A stretch of 32,000 nucleotides of DNA from assembly GCF_000179635.2 (NCBI RefSeq), contig NC_014833.1, positions 1,890,001-1,922,000 of the forward strand, read 5' to 3'. A program made the translations under genes and the position numbers. Source of the stretch: Ruminococcus albus 7 = DSM 20455 (GTDB lineage Bacteria; Bacillota; Clostridia; Oscillospirales; Ruminococcaceae). Below the pieces are notes generated by a model. That model was not told where the DNA came from, ran no database searches, and saw only the letters and a program-made list of their open reading frames with translations. Of the stretch, positions 8,237 through 18,255 are shown piece after piece. Positions within the stretch are counted from its first letter, which is position 1; every line of letters begins with the position of its first letter.

Positions 8237-10276
8237 GTGAAAAAGAACAAAAGCTTTCTCGTGCTTTTGTCGGTGACGATGGGTATCATTTCACTGACAT
8301 CGCTGATAGGAGCTTTTATGCTGCGCTCGACCGAGGAAAAAAAAGGTGCGGGAAGTGTACTGATACTTATATGTGTAGTAGGTGTCATGCTGCTTTTGCT
8401 GGAGGCTTTCATCTTCAGAAATCAGACAACTAAATACACTACAAAGCTGGCTACTCAGCTTATAAGGACACAGCGCGATTCAATGCTGCATTTTCCGGCG
8501 CCATGTGTTATACTCGACAGCGATGAAACGATCGTATGGTACAACAGGCTGTTTGAAAGACAGGTGTATTCCGAGGATTCCTACGGAGATCATCTGGAAA
8601 ATATAATGAATATTGATCTTGATCGTGCCTTTGAGGATGATGGCTGTCAGATATGTGTCAGGAAAAGGTACTATGTTGCCAAGGCTGTACGCACAGATCT
8701 TAAAAACGGTCTATCAATGGTGTATTTCAAGGATATAACAGATTATACCGAACTGAGATATGACGCATATCAATCTCATAACAGCGTAATAATTATAGTT
8801 ATTGATAACTATGATGCTCTCATGTCTGATATAAGAGACAGTGAGAAGGCTCACGTAGCAGTTGAGATAGAGAAGCTTATGGAAAGCTTTCTTGAGGATA
8901 CTAATGCTATTGCCAAGAAAGTTTCTGATGATAAGTTCTATGTATTTATGGAGGAGAGATACCTCGCAAGGAAGATAGAGAACAGGTTCAGGATACTGGA
9001 AGAGGCAAGACAGATACGCATTGGCGGCAGATCCAATGTTACACTTTCTATCGGTATCGGAAGAGAAGGAAAAGGTCTGGAAGAATGCGAGAAGCTGGCT
9101 AAACAGGCGCTTGAACTTTGTCAGGGACGAGGCGGAGATCAGGCGGCTTACAGAGATAACGGTGAGTTCAGATTCTTCGGCGGCGTTTCTACCGGTGCAG
9201 ATAACAATAACAGAGTCAAGATAAGGATATTTGCTGAAACATTACTTGAGATCATTAAGCCCGGAAGTATTGAAAGTATGGGCAATTACAGGTCTGACAG
9301 CGATGACGGACAAGGCTTCCGCCGTGTGCTGATAATGGGTCACAGATTCGGTGATCTGGACAGCATCGGTTCAGCTACGGGTCTTTGCTGTGCTTTGAGA
9401 AAGCTGGTATCCGAGTGCTTTGTTGTGGTAGATAAGGAAAAGAACCTTGCCAGATCGCTGATAGACTATATCGACGATAATGAGCAGGATATGGCTTACT
9501 ATATCACTCCTCAGCAGGGTCTTGACAGACTCGACAGCGATACTCTGGTGATAGTGGTCGATACTCACAATCCGGAACTTGTCGAATCCAGGGAAATGAT
9601 AGAACGTGCTAAGAATATAGTTGTCATAGATCACCACAGGCGAATGGTAAACGGCATAGAACCGTTGATAGCACAGTGTCTGGAACCCGGCGCTTCGTCG
9701 GCAGCTGAGCTTGTAACGGAGATAATAGAGATGTGGGGTGACAGGACTTCCATTGATGCACGAGCTGCAGAGGCACTGCTTTCGGGTATTATGCTTGATA
9801 CCAAGTATTTTGTTATGAAAACAGGCGTTACTACTTTTGAAACGGCTGCTTTCCTTAAAAAGATGGGTGCGGATACAATAGCTGTAAAGCAGATGTTCGC
9901 AAACTCCATCGAAACTTATCACGAGAAATCCAAGATCATCAATTCGGCTGAGATATACCGCAAATGCGCCATAGCAAGGGCTGACGGCAGTTTTACCAAT
10001 ATCAGGGTCGCTGCATCGCAGGCGGCTGACGAAATGCTTGGCATAACAGGAGTATGCGCTTCGTTTGTTATGTATAAGCAGGGTGATACTGTAAATATCT
10101 CCGCGAGAAGTATGGGCAGGTTCAATGTCCAGGTGATCATGGAGGCACTGGGCGGCGGCGGACATCTTACGATGGCTGCGGCTCAGATAAAGACCGATAT
10201 CGAATCTGCGGACAAGCAGCTGAGAACGGTCATTGATGAATTCATCAATAATAATGTTGATCAGAAAGGTGTGTAA
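8237..10276 (+). CDS. gdpP: Cyclic-di-AMP phosphodiesterase GdpP (YybT family)
   Basis: Two N-terminal TM helices, a PAS-like region, a degenerate GGDEF region, DHH motifs ([16 protein letters not shown]) and the DHHA1 motif GGGGH. It occupies the conserved position upstream of rplI-dnaB. GTG start with AAGGAG 10 nt upstream. Confidence 0.9.
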   Translation: MKKNKSFLVLLSVTMGIISLTSLIGAFMLRSTEEKKGAGSVLILICVVGVMLLLLEAFIFRNQTTKYTTKLATQLIRTQRDSMLHFPAPCVILDSDETIVWYNRLFERQVYSEDSYGDHLENIMNIDLDRAFEDDGCQICVRKRYYVAKAVRTDLKNGLSMVYFKDITDYTELRYDAYQSHNSVIIIVIDNYDALMSDIRDSEKAHVAVEIEKLMESFLEDTNAIAKKVSDDKFYVFMEERYLARKIENRFRILEEARQIRIGGRSNVTLSIGIGREGKGLEECEKLAKQALELCQGRGGDQAAYRDNGEFRFFGGVSTGADNNNRVKIRIFAETLLEIIKPGSIESMGNYRSDSDDGQGFRRVLIMGHRFGDLDSIGSATGLCCALRKLVSECFVVVDKEKNLARSLIDYIDDNEQDMAYYITPQQGLDRLDSDTLVIVVDTHNPELVESREMIERAKNIVVIDHHRRMVNGIEPLIAQCLEPGASSAAELVTEIIEMWGDRTSIDARAAEALLSGIMLDTKYFVMKTGVTTFETAAFLKKMGADTIAVKQMFANSIETYHEKSKIINSAEIYRKCAIARADGSFTNIRVAASQAADEMLGITGVCASFVMYKQGDTVNISARSMGRFNVQVIMEALGGGGHLTMAAAQIKTDIESADKQLRTVIDEFINNNVDQKGV

Positions 10277-10280
10277 AAAA

Positions 10281-10727
10281 ATGAAAGTTATTTTACTTAA
10301 AGATGTTAAAGGTTCGGGCAAGGCGGGAGATACCCTTAATGTAGCTGACGGATATGCAAGAAATTTCCTGTTGGCAAAAGGTCTGGCTGTTGAGGCTAAT
10401 TCAAAGAACCTCAATGATCTGGCAGGCAAGAAGGCTTCTGCACAGCACAAGATAGATGTTGAAACAGCAGACAATAAGGCTATCGCAGATAAGATAGCAG
10501 ATAAAGAAGTTGTTATAAAGGCAAAGGCAGGTCAGGGAGGAAAGCTGTTCGGTGCAGTTACTTCAGGCGTTGTGGCAGATGCCCTTAAAGATCAGTACGG
10601 TGTTGACGTTGATAAGAAAAAGATCGCGCTGAGTACAGATATCAAGGCTTTCGGTGATTTTACTGCCGCTGTTAAGATGTCCCACGGTGTATCCTGCAGC
10701 ATCAAGGTCAAGGTAGTGGAGGAATAA
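10281..10727 (+). CDS. rplI: 50S ribosomal protein L9
   Basis: [17 protein letters not shown]... is a canonical L9 N-terminus. The track ORF from 10233 is over-extended and overlaps the end of gdpP. Confidence 0.95.
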   Translation: MKVILLKDVKGSGKAGDTLNVADGYARNFLLAKGLAVEANSKNLNDLAGKKASAQHKIDVETADNKAIADKIADKEVVIKAKAGQGGKLFGAVTSGVVADALKDQYGVDVDKKKIALSTDIKAFGDFTAAVKMSHGVSCSIKVKVVEE

Positions 10728-12104
10728 ATGGCTGACATTAGCGATTTCAATGCTGTCAGCGGTTCTGATCTTCCGGGCAGGGCTCTGCCGTACAGCCAGG
10801 AGGCTGAGGAAGCCGTAATAGGATGTATTCTTCTTGATCCTGTAGAATGCCGCGAAAAGGCGATGGAAATGCTCAAACCCGAGCATTTCTACCGTCCGAA
10901 GCATCAGCAGATATTCTCCGTTATGATGAGGATGTTCACCACAGGTAAAGCGGAGGATATAGTTACTGTTGTTGATGAAGCCGTAAATGAGGGCATATTT
11001 GAAAACTCATCAATGGCGATGAAGTACCTCTATGGGTTGATGGATAATGTACCTTCAACCAAGAATATAGAGAGCTACTGCAATATAATCCTGCAGAAGG
11101 CTCAGCTTCGCTCACTGATGAATGTAGCAAATGAGATAATCGCAAGCGTTGGTGACGGTGCTTCTGATCCGAAAGCCTTGCTTGACAGTGCTGAGCAGAA
11201 GATATTCAGCATAAGACAGGGCAGAGATCTTCAGGGACTTACCAGGATAAGTGATGTTATTGTTGAGAATTTCCATCATCTGACAGAAATATCTGGTCCC
11301 GATGCAGAAAAGCATCAGGGTGCGAGATCTGGATTTTCTCAGCTTGACCACGTTACTACCGGTCTTCAGAAGACGGACCTGATAGTGCTTGCAGCAAGAC
11401 CTGCGATGGGTAAGTCGGCTTTCGCACTGAATATCGCCGTTAACTGCTGCAAAGCCACAAAGAGGGACGTTGCCATATTCTCACTCGAAATGGGCAAAGA
11501 ACAGCTTGTGGGAAGAATGCTGGCTTCCGAGGGTAAGGTTAACAATACTCTGCTCAGAAACGGTGAGATGAAGGACGAGGACTGGACCAAGCTTGCTGAG
11601 GCTGCAGACGTTCTTTCACAATTGCCTATATATCTCGATGATGGTGCGGGCGGAGTTACAGTACCTCAGATGAAAGCAAAACTCAGACGTCTGAATAATC
11701 TGGGTCTTGTAGTCATAGACTATATACAGCTGATGGAATCGCCTAACAAGCACAGCAGCCGTGTTAACGAAGTTTCTGAGATAACACGTCAGATAAAGCT
11801 GATGGCTAAGGAACTTAGTGTACCTGTCATCGCACTTTCACAGCTTTCCCGTAATGCGGAGAAGCGTGACGATAAGCGCCCTCTGCTTTCTGACCTGAGA
11901 GAATCAGGATCTATCGAGCAGGATGCGGATATCATACTGTTTCTGTACCGTGATGCTTATTATTCCGATTCAAAGGAAGATCAGACGGTGGCAGAATGCA
12001 TTGTTGCCAAAAACAGACATGGTCAGCTTGGTACGATAAAACTCAGCTGGATAGGCGAGTACACATTGTTCAGAGGATTGGAATTCAGAAAAGATGAAAA
12101 GTGA
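10728..12104 (+). CDS. dnaB: Replicative DNA helicase DnaB (DnaC in B. subtilis nomenclature)
   Basis: 458 aa. N-terminal motif LPYSQEAEEAVIG, Walker A motif ARPAMGKSAF, and the motifs IDYIQLM, SQLSR and RESGSIEQDAD. The ATG immediately follows the rplI stop. Confidence 0.95.
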   Translation: MADISDFNAVSGSDLPGRALPYSQEAEEAVIGCILLDPVECREKAMEMLKPEHFYRPKHQQIFSVMMRMFTTGKAEDIVTVVDEAVNEGIFENSSMAMKYLYGLMDNVPSTKNIESYCNIILQKAQLRSLMNVANEIIASVGDGASDPKALLDSAEQKIFSIRQGRDLQGLTRISDVIVENFHHLTEISGPDAEKHQGARSGFSQLDHVTTGLQKTDLIVLAARPAMGKSAFALNIAVNCCKATKRDVAIFSLEMGKEQLVGRMLASEGKVNNTLLRNGEMKDEDWTKLAEAADVLSQLPIYLDDGAGGVTVPQMKAKLRRLNNLGLVVIDYIQLMESPNKHSSRVNEVSEITRQIKLMAKELSVPVIALSQLSRNAEKRDDKRPLLSDLRESGSIEQDADIILFLYRDAYYSDSKEDQTVAECIVAKNRHGQLGTIKLSWIGEYTLFRGLEFRKDEK

Positions 12105-13428
12105 TCTTTCAGACAGAGTTAGACGAACTATAGAAAAGTATCATATGGCTGAAAAGGGCGAGCGCTTGTTGATAGGGCTTTCGGGCGGGGCAGACAGCGC
12201 TGCGCTCCTTTTGTGTTTGCATGAGCTTGGGTACGATATATGTGCGTGTCATGTCAATCACTGTATACGCGGTGAAGAAGCAGATCGTGATCAGCATTTC
12301 TGTGAAGAATTGTGTAAAGGTTTGAATATTGACATTACTGTTAAAGTAGTAGATGTTCCGGCTTATTGCAGGGCTAATCCCGTATCTGAAGAAGAGGGCG
12401 CAAGGTTGTTAAGATATAAAGCTTTACAGGAAATCAATGCAGATAAAATCTGCACTGCTCATAACCTTGACGATTGTCTTGAAACAACTCTGTTCAATCT
12501 CGCAAGAGGTTCGGGCCTTAAAGGGATAGCTTCGATACCGCCTGTAAGGGAGAATATAATACGTCCGCTGATAGAGTGCAGCCGTGCAGATATTGAAGCT
12601 TATCTGTTTGAAAAAGGACAGAGTTTTGTTACTGATTCAACTAATCTGCTTGATGAATATTCCCGTAACAAGCTGAGGCATAAGGTCGTTCCTGTAATGC
12701 GTGAGATAAATCCTTCGCTGATGGATACATTTGCCAATACGCTCGGCTTTCTCCGTGAGGATAGCAGATTTCTTGAAAAAATGTCTGATGATGCTTTCGC
12801 AGAAGCTGTATACAATGACGGCTTTTCATGTAAAATGATAAGAAAGCTTGATTACCCGATCAGGCGAAGGGTCATTATGCGTATACTGGCTAAATATGAT
12901 GTCGAGGTCAGTCAGGATAAAATAGAGATGATAGAACATCTCATCTGTAATGGTGGAAAAATATCTGTCAAGTCAAATTGCTTTGCATATACAAAGTCGG
13001 ATACTCTGTATATTTATTCAGAAAACAGTGATCTTAAAATATGTTCAGATGATCAGGTAAAAGTTTCTGAAGGAGTTATCTATTGGCAGGGACGAAATAT
13101 CGAATTCCGAATTATAGAAATTGACGGGAAATTTGAAAATGTTAATAAAAAGTTTGCAAATTCCTGCTTGGATTATGATAAAATAAAAGGTGTTATTGTG
13201 TTAAGAAAACGCAGGGCTGGAGATAGGATACGTCTTGTGAACCGCGAACACAGCTCTGATGTCAGGGTACTGATGAAACAGGCTTTTCCCTTACATAAGC
13301 GTGACAGCGCAGTGCTTCTCGCTGATGATGAGGGTATTGTCCTTGCAGAGAATTTCGGTGCAGCTGACAGAGTAAGGATAGACAGCACAACGCGAAGAGT
13401 ATTGACTTATGAAGTTATTTCAGAATAA
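12094..13428 (+). CDS. tilS: tRNA(Ile)-lysidine synthase
   Basis: PP-loop motif GLSGGADS near the N-terminus, typical length, and a C-terminal TilS domain. It overlaps the dnaB stop by 11 nt and sits before ftsH as in other Firmicutes. Confidence 0.9.
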   Translation: MKSDLSDRVRRTIEKYHMAEKGERLLIGLSGGADSAALLLCLHELGYDICACHVNHCIRGEEADRDQHFCEELCKGLNIDITVKVVDVPAYCRANPVSEEEGARLLRYKALQEINADKICTAHNLDDCLETTLFNLARGSGLKGIASIPPVRENIIRPLIECSRADIEAYLFEKGQSFVTDSTNLLDEYSRNKLRHKVVPVMREINPSLMDTFANTLGFLREDSRFLEKMSDDAFAEAVYNDGFSCKMIRKLDYPIRRRVIMRILAKYDVEVSQDKIEMIEHLICNGGKISVKSNCFAYTKSDTLYIYSENSDLKICSDDQVKVSEGVIYWQGRNIEFRIIEIDGKFENVNKKFANSCLDYDKIKGVIVLRKRRAGDRIRLVNREHSSDVRVLMKQAFPLHKRDSAVLLADDEGIVLAENFGAADRVRIDSTTRRVLTYEVISE

Positions 13429-13532
13429 CTCCATATCTTGACATTACTTTCACGCTGTTTTCACAGAGAGGGTCTATAATTATCTGATAAAGCAGTTTAT
13501 AACACAAATTTAGAACAAAAGGTCGTGATATA

Positions 13533-15524
13533 TTGAAAAACGGAGGAAGATCTCTGCTGATCTATCTTGTAGTTTCGATCTGCATAATAACAGGTCTTGT
13601 CTATATGCTGATGAGTATGAGTACCAAGAGTGATGAAGTAAAGTATTCCGAGGTCATGAGTCATTTTGATAAGCTGGAAGTCAGTGAATTCAAGCTTGAT
13701 CTTGGTTCAGGTGAGCTTAAATATAAGCTCAAGGAAGATCCAGAAACAGAGATCGAATACAAAGTGCCAAACGTTTCACTGTTTGTGAATGAAGTTCTCG
13801 GCGGTGAGGAAGCAGTAAATTACCGTAAGAGGTATGATGCTGAGAATCCCAAGGAACCTCTGGAATACGACCTTGTGCCAATATCCGACAACAGCTTCTG
13901 GCTTAATCTGATCCCCACATTCCTTATGCTGGGCGTTATGATATTCTTCTTTGTATTTATGATGAAGAGTGCCGGTGGCGGAAAGATGTCCGGATTCGGA
14001 AAGACTAATGCAAGGCTCGCACCCAGCAGCAAGAAAGCAACTTTTGCCGATGTTGCAGGTGCTGACGAGGAAAAGGAAGAACTAAAGGAGATCGTTGATT
14101 TCCTGAAAGATAACAGAAAGTATGCTGAGATAGGCGCGAGGATACCCAAAGGCGTTCTGCTTCTGGGACCTCCCGGTACAGGTAAGACACTGCTTGCAAG
14201 AGCTGTTGCAGGTGAGGCGAACGTTCCTTTCTTCTCAATATCCGGTTCAGACTTTGTTGAGATGTTCGTCGGTGTAGGTGCATCCCGTGTACGTGACCTG
14301 TTTGAGCAGGCGAAGAAGAGTGCTCCTGCTATCATATTTATTGATGAGATAGATGCTGTGGGCAGACAGAGAGGTGCAGGTCTTGGAGGCGGTCATGATG
14401 AACGTGAGCAGACCCTGAACCAGCTTCTCGTTGAGATGGACGGATTTGAGGATAACGAGTCAGTTATAGTCATGGCCGCTACAAACAGACGTGATATACT
14501 TGATCCGGCTCTGCTCAGACCCGGCAGATTTGACAGGCAGATACTTGTAAACTATCCTGATATCAAGGGCAGAGAGGATATACTGAAAGTTCATACAAAG
14601 AATAAGCCTCTTGCACCTGATGTCAGTCTTGAAACTATAGCTAAGACTACTGTAGGATTTACAGGTGCCGATCTTGAGAACCTTGCAAATGAAGCTTCAC
14701 TGCTGGCTGCAAGGAAGAATAAGAAAGCCATTACCAAGGCTGATATGGAAGAAGCAGCTATAAAGGTAGTTGCAGGTCCTGAAAAGAGATCCAAGGTAAT
14801 TACCGAGGATGAGAAGAAGCTTACTGCTTACCATGAGGCAGGTCATGCTATATGCACATTCTATTGTCAGAAGCGTGATAAGGTACATCAGGTAACTATC
14901 ATACCGAGAGGTCAGGCTGGCGGCTTTACTATGAGCCTTCCCGAAAAGGATAAGACCTATGTCAGCAAGAATGAGATGTATAATAACATCGTTGTACTTC
15001 TTGGCGGACGTGTTGCTGAAAAGCTGATACTTGATGATATCTCTACCGGTGCTTCAAACGATCTTGAAAGAGCTACTTCTACTGCAAGGAATATGGTTAC
15101 AAGATACGGCTTTAGTGATAATCTCGGACCTGTTGTATATGGTCAGGGTGAACATGAAGTGTTCCTTGGCAGGGATTATACAAATACTCCAAGCTATTCC
15201 GATAATGTTGCTGCTGAGATCGATAACGAGATCAGAACGATCGTTGAGAATGCCTTTGAGCAGGCTGAAACTCTGCTGAAGGAGCATATAGATCAGCTGC
15301 ACTTGGTAGCTCAGTACCTTATTAAGAATGAGAAGATCGACGGCGAGAAATTCGATAAGCTTATGAAAGGTGAGCTGCTTGACGATGAGCCTGTGAAAGA
15401 GGTCAAGGATAGAATCGATGATATCACCGATAATTCAGAAGTTAAAGATACCGTTGATGTGGTAGATATTTCTGATGATCCTGATGTTTCTCTTGAAAAA
15501 GTTAATAAGGACAGCATCGAATAA
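13533..15524 (+). CDS. ftsH: ATP-dependent zinc metalloprotease FtsH
   Basis: Two TM segments, AAA+ Walker A GPPGTGKT, Walker [12 protein letters not shown] region and zinc motif HEAGHA. TTG start at 13533; the later in-frame ATGs would remove the first TM helix. Confidence 0.95.
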   Translation: MKNGGRSLLIYLVVSICIITGLVYMLMSMSTKSDEVKYSEVMSHFDKLEVSEFKLDLGSGELKYKLKEDPETEIEYKVPNVSLFVNEVLGGEEAVNYRKRYDAENPKEPLEYDLVPISDNSFWLNLIPTFLMLGVMIFFFVFMMKSAGGGKMSGFGKTNARLAPSSKKATFADVAGADEEKEELKEIVDFLKDNRKYAEIGARIPKGVLLLGPPGTGKTLLARAVAGEANVPFFSISGSDFVEMFVGVGASRVRDLFEQAKKSAPAIIFIDEIDAVGRQRGAGLGGGHDEREQTLNQLLVEMDGFEDNESVIVMAATNRRDILDPALLRPGRFDRQILVNYPDIKGREDILKVHTKNKPLAPDVSLETIAKTTVGFTGADLENLANEASLLAARKNKKAITKADMEEAAIKVVAGPEKRSKVITEDEKKLTAYHEAGHAICTFYCQKRDKVHQVTIIPRGQAGGFTMSLPEKDKTYVSKNEMYNNIVVLLGGRVAEKLILDDISTGASNDLERATSTARNMVTRYGFSDNLGPVVYGQGEHEVFLGRDYTNTPSYSDNVAAEIDNEIRTIVENAFEQAETLLKEHIDQLHLVAQYLIKNEKIDGEKFDKLMKGELLDDEPVKEVKDRIDDITDNSEVKDTVDVVDISDDPDVSLEKVNKDSIE

Positions 15525-15534
15525 TAAAACATTC

Positions 15535-15572
15535 AGCCGATATCGTAAAACGGTATCGGCTTTTTTGTTTGC
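15535..15572 (+). terminator. Rho-independent terminator after ftsH
   Basis: AGCCGATA pairs with TATCGGCT, followed by TTTTTTGTTT. Confidence 0.7.
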
Positions 15573-15577
15573 AGCTA

Positions 15578-15606
15578 TTGCTTTTTTTATGGGAATGCTG
15601 TATAAT
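15578..15606 (+). promoter_or_regulatory. Candidate promoter for ymdB-spoVS
   Basis: TTGCTT (15578-15583), 17-nt spacer ending in TG, TATAAT (15601-15606). Confidence 0.5.
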
Positions 15607-15648
15607 AATATAAGCCTTTCAGGCAATTATAATAGAATGAGGTATAAT

Positions 15649-16419
15649 ATGAACCTTTTATTTATCGGAGATGTGGTAGGTTGTTCCGGAACAGATTTTC
15701 TGGAAGAACAGCTTTATAAACTTAAAAGAGAGTATGATATAGATGTTACAGTAGTCAACGGTGAAAATTCTGCTCAGGGAAACGGGATAACACCTGAATC
15801 CTTTGAGAGGTTTATGCGGATGGGTGTTGATGTTGTCACTACAGGCAACCACTGTTTTCGCCGCCGCGAGATGGTTGATCTTTATGACAGCAGCGAGTTC
15901 CTGATACGTCCTGCAAATTTTCCCGATGGGGTTGCAGGCAGGGGAGTGGCTTACATTGACCTTTGTCCTGTGAAGATCGCAGTGGTGAACCTTATGGGAA
16001 CTATGTATATGGAAGCTCTTGACAATCCGTTTACCGAGATAGATGAGATACTCAAGAGTATCGACACACCGAATATTTTTGTTGATTTCCATGCTGAGGC
16101 AACCAGTGAGAAAAAAGCTATGGGTCATTATCTTAAAGGTCGTGTTACAGCAGTACTTGGTACTCATACCCATGTGCAGACTGCTGATGAAGTCATACTG
16201 GGCGGGCATACAGCTTATATAACCGATGTTGGTATGACAGGACCTGAGCTTTCAGTGCTTGGTGTTGACAGTGATATCGTAATCGAAAAGTTCAGATACC
16301 ACAAGCCTGTTAAGTTCACAGAGAGTGATTCTGCGTGTTTTTTGAATGGAGTAGTGGTCAGTTTCGATGAAAAATCGGGAAAATCTACAAATATTATAAG
16401 GGTTATTAGTCGCAAGTAA
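15649..16419 (+). CDS. ymdB: YmdB-family metallophosphoesterase (2',3'-cyclic-nucleotide 2'-phosphodiesterase, TIGR00282-like)
   Basis: MNLLFIGDVVG..., GENSAQGNG, GNH, DFHAEATSEK, GTHTHVQTAD and YITDVGMTGP closely track B. subtilis YmdB as I recall it. GAGG lies 6 nt upstream of ATG 15649. The track ORF from 15475 is over-extended into the end of ftsH. Confidence 0.85.
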   Translation: MNLLFIGDVVGCSGTDFLEEQLYKLKREYDIDVTVVNGENSAQGNGITPESFERFMRMGVDVVTTGNHCFRRREMVDLYDSSEFLIRPANFPDGVAGRGVAYIDLCPVKIAVVNLMGTMYMEALDNPFTEIDEILKSIDTPNIFVDFHAEATSEKKAMGHYLKGRVTAVLGTHTHVQTADEVILGGHTAYITDVGMTGPELSVLGVDSDIVIEKFRYHKPVKFTESDSACFLNGVVVSFDEKSGKSTNIIRVISRK

Positions 16420-16438
16420 CAAAAAAGAAAAATCCCTA

Positions 16439-16467
16439 TTGCAAAAATTACCATTCTGTAGTATAAT
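16439..16467 (+). promoter_or_regulatory. Sigma-A type promoter upstream of spoVS
   Basis: TTGCAA (16439-16444), 17-nt spacer, TATAAT (16462-16467). Confidence 0.6.
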
Positions 16468-16516
16468 GGTATTACTGTAAAGTGTAAAATCTTGTTTTTG
16501 GGAAAAGGAGGTATAG

Positions 16517-16780
16517 ATGGTGGAAGTTTTGAAAGTTTCATCACGATCTGCACCTAATTCTGTAGCAGGCGCTATTTCTGGCGTTATAAGAGAGCAGGGC
16601 TCTGTTGAAGTCCAGGCTGTCGGTGCTGGCGCTGCAAACCAGGCGATCAAAGCAATTGCCATTGCCAGAGGTTATCTTGCACCTGTTGGGATAGATATGG
16701 TCTGCGTTCCTGCATTCGCTAATGTCGTTATAGACGGTGAAGAGAGAACAGCTATCAAGCTGATCTGCGAACAGAGATAA
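16517..16780 (+). CDS. spoVS: Stage V sporulation protein S
   Basis: 87 aa. LKVSSRSAPNSVAGAISGVIRE...GAGAANQAIKAIAIARGY...IDGEERTAIKL is near-identical in pattern to B. subtilis SpoVS. AAGGAGG RBS. The ymdB-spoVS adjacency is conserved. Confidence 0.95.
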   Translation: MVEVLKVSSRSAPNSVAGAISGVIREQGSVEVQAVGAGAANQAIKAIAIARGYLAPVGIDMVCVPAFANVVIDGEERTAIKLICEQR

Positions 16781-16788
16781 TCGATTAC

Positions 16789-16819
16789 AGCACGGAGATT
16801 TCTCCGTGCTTTTTATTTT
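16789..16819 (+). terminator. Rho-independent terminator after spoVS
   Basis: Perfect inverted repeat AGCACGGAGA/TCTCCGTGCT (16789-16810), followed by TTTTTATTTT. Confidence 0.8.
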
Positions 16820-16822
16820 ATG

Positions 16823-16858
16823 AATAAAAACTCCCCTGCGTGTTATCACACAGGGGAG
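16823..16858 (-). terminator. Rho-independent terminator after ackA (minus strand)
   Basis: CTCCCCTG (16831-16838) pairs with CAGGGGAG (16851-16858). On the minus strand the hairpin is followed by TTTTTATT. Confidence 0.7.
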
Positions 16859-16875
16859 CAAACTTTTATGCTATA

Positions 16876-18072
16876 TTACTTTGAGATAAGTGCAAGAGTA
16901 TCTCTTGCGATGAGAAGTTCCTCGTTTGTGGGTATAACATATACCTTTACCTTTGAATCAGCAGTGGAGATCTCTACCAGCTTGCCGCGGCAGTTGTTCT
17001 TTTCAGCGTCTATCTTGATGCCCAGGAAATCCAGACCCTCACAAGCGTCAGCTCTTACCTCGGGAGCATTCTCACCGATACCGCCTGTGAACAGAACAGC
17101 GTCAACGCCGCCCATAGCAGCAGCATAAGAACCGATGTACTTCTTGATCTGATATGTCAGCATCTCATTAACAGCCTGAGCCTGCTCATTACCCTCAGCA
17201 GCAGCCTTCTGGATATCTCTGTTATCTGAGCTTATGCCGGATACACCCAGGAAACCTGACTGCTTGTTCATATAAGCTGTCATCTCATCTGGAGTGAAGC
17301 CTTTCTTCTTAGCTACGAACTCAACAGCAGAGGGGTCAACAGCACCGCAGCGTGTACCCATTACCAGACCGTCCAGAGGAGTGAAGCCCATGGAAGTATC
17401 AACGGACTTACCGCCGTCAACAGCAGTGATGGAAGAACCGTTGCCAAGGTGGCAGGAAACTATCTTCAGTTCCTCGGGCTTCTTGCCCATTACCTTAGCC
17501 AGCTCGCCGGAAACGAATCTGTGAGATGTACCGTGGAAGCCGTACTTTCTTACGTGCAGATCCTTGTAGCACTCATAGGGCAGACCATAGAGGTAAGCCT
17601 TTCTGGGCATAGTTGCGTGGAATGCAGTATCGAATACAACTGCCTGAGGTGTGCCCTCGGGAAGAACTGCCTTACATGCTCTCAGTGCCAGTGCGTGAGG
17701 ATGATTGTGAACAGGTGCCAGTTCAGCCAGGCTGTCGATCTTGTCGATAACTTCGTCGGTAACAGCGCAGGTCTCTCTGAATATCTCAGCGCCCTGTACT
17801 ATTCTGTGACCTACTGCTGAGATCTCGTCCATAGAATCTATAACTTTTGTCTCACCGCTTGTCAGTATCTCAACCAGCTTCTCAAAAGCTTCTGTGTGGG
17901 TAGGGAAATTGCAGTCAGCTTCATAGCTTCTGCCGTCACCTGTCTTGGCGCTGACATGACCGTCGATACCTATACGGTCGCAGTTACCCTTTGCAATAAC
18001 ACTTTCGTCCTCCATGTTCAGCAGCTGATATTTCAGCGAAGAAGAACCTGCATTTACAACAAGAATTTTCAT
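16876..18072 (-). CDS. ackA: Acetate kinase
   Basis: 398 aa. MKILVVNAGSSSLKYQL N-terminus, and the HRIVQG (HR.VHGG-type), FDTAFH, YGFHGTSH and LGNGSS motifs. GAGGAG RBS. No pta gene is adjacent. Confidence 0.95.
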   Translation of the reverse strand: MKILVVNAGSSSLKYQLLNMEDESVIAKGNCDRIGIDGHVSAKTGDGRSYEADCNFPTHTEAFEKLVEILTSGETKVIDSMDEISAVGHRIVQGAEIFRETCAVTDEVIDKIDSLAELAPVHNHPHALALRACKAVLPEGTPQAVVFDTAFHATMPRKAYLYGLPYECYKDLHVRKYGFHGTSHRFVSGELAKVMGKKPEELKIVSCHLGNGSSITAVDGGKSVDTSMGFTPLDGLVMGTRCGAVDPSAVEFVAKKKGFTPDEMTAYMNKQSGFLGVSGISSDNRDIQKAAAEGNEQAQAVNEMLTYQIKKYIGSYAAAMGGVDAVLFTGGIGENAPEVRADACEGLDFLGIKIDAEKNNCRGKLVEISTADSKVKVYVIPTNEELLIARDTLALISK

Positions 18073-18115
18073 TGGGAAATTCTCCTCTCAAATATAAATA
18101 GATATTATATCGGGC

Positions 18116-18144
18116 TTGACAATCCTGCCCTGATATCATATAAT
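18116..18144 (+). promoter_or_regulatory. Consensus sigma-A promoter for tmcAL
   Basis: TTGACA (18116-18121), 17-nt spacer, TATAAT (18139-18144). Confidence 0.6.
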
Positions 18145-18147
18145 ATT

Positions 18148-18176
18148 AGTATAACAATTTTTGTGAGAAATTGCAA
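18148..18176 (-). promoter_or_regulatory. Candidate ackA promoter, overlapping the tmcAL promoter
   Basis: Minus strand reads TTGCAA (complement of 18171-18176), 17-nt spacer ending in TGT, TATACT (complement of 18148-18153). Confidence 0.5.
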
Positions 18177-18255
18177 GTCTGTTTTGATTAAATATACATA
18201 TTGCACAATATTTATTCTATGAATTAGTTAATTCAAATTGTGAAGGAGGCGAGTT

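Noticed and set aside
9371-10474. A 367-aa ORF on the minus strand, the longest unannotated ORF in the track.
   Set aside because: It lies entirely antisense to gdpP and the start of rplI, both of which have unambiguous family motifs. Its translation is low-complexity (Ser/Leu/Arg/Cys-rich) with no recognisable motif or RBS. It is a typical shadow ORF.
13438-13480. A TTGACA (13438-13443) and a TATAAT (13475-13480) upstream of ftsH, as a promoter.
   Set aside because: The two hexamers are 31 nt apart, and neither has an acceptable partner at 16-18 nt. The ftsH promoter could not be assigned; ftsH may be partly read through from tilS.
18221-18234. The palindrome GAATTA-GT-TAATTC in the tmcAL leader, as an operator.
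   Set aside because: It is a short, purely AT-rich palindrome in an AT-rich leader, with no second copy or associated regulator in the window.
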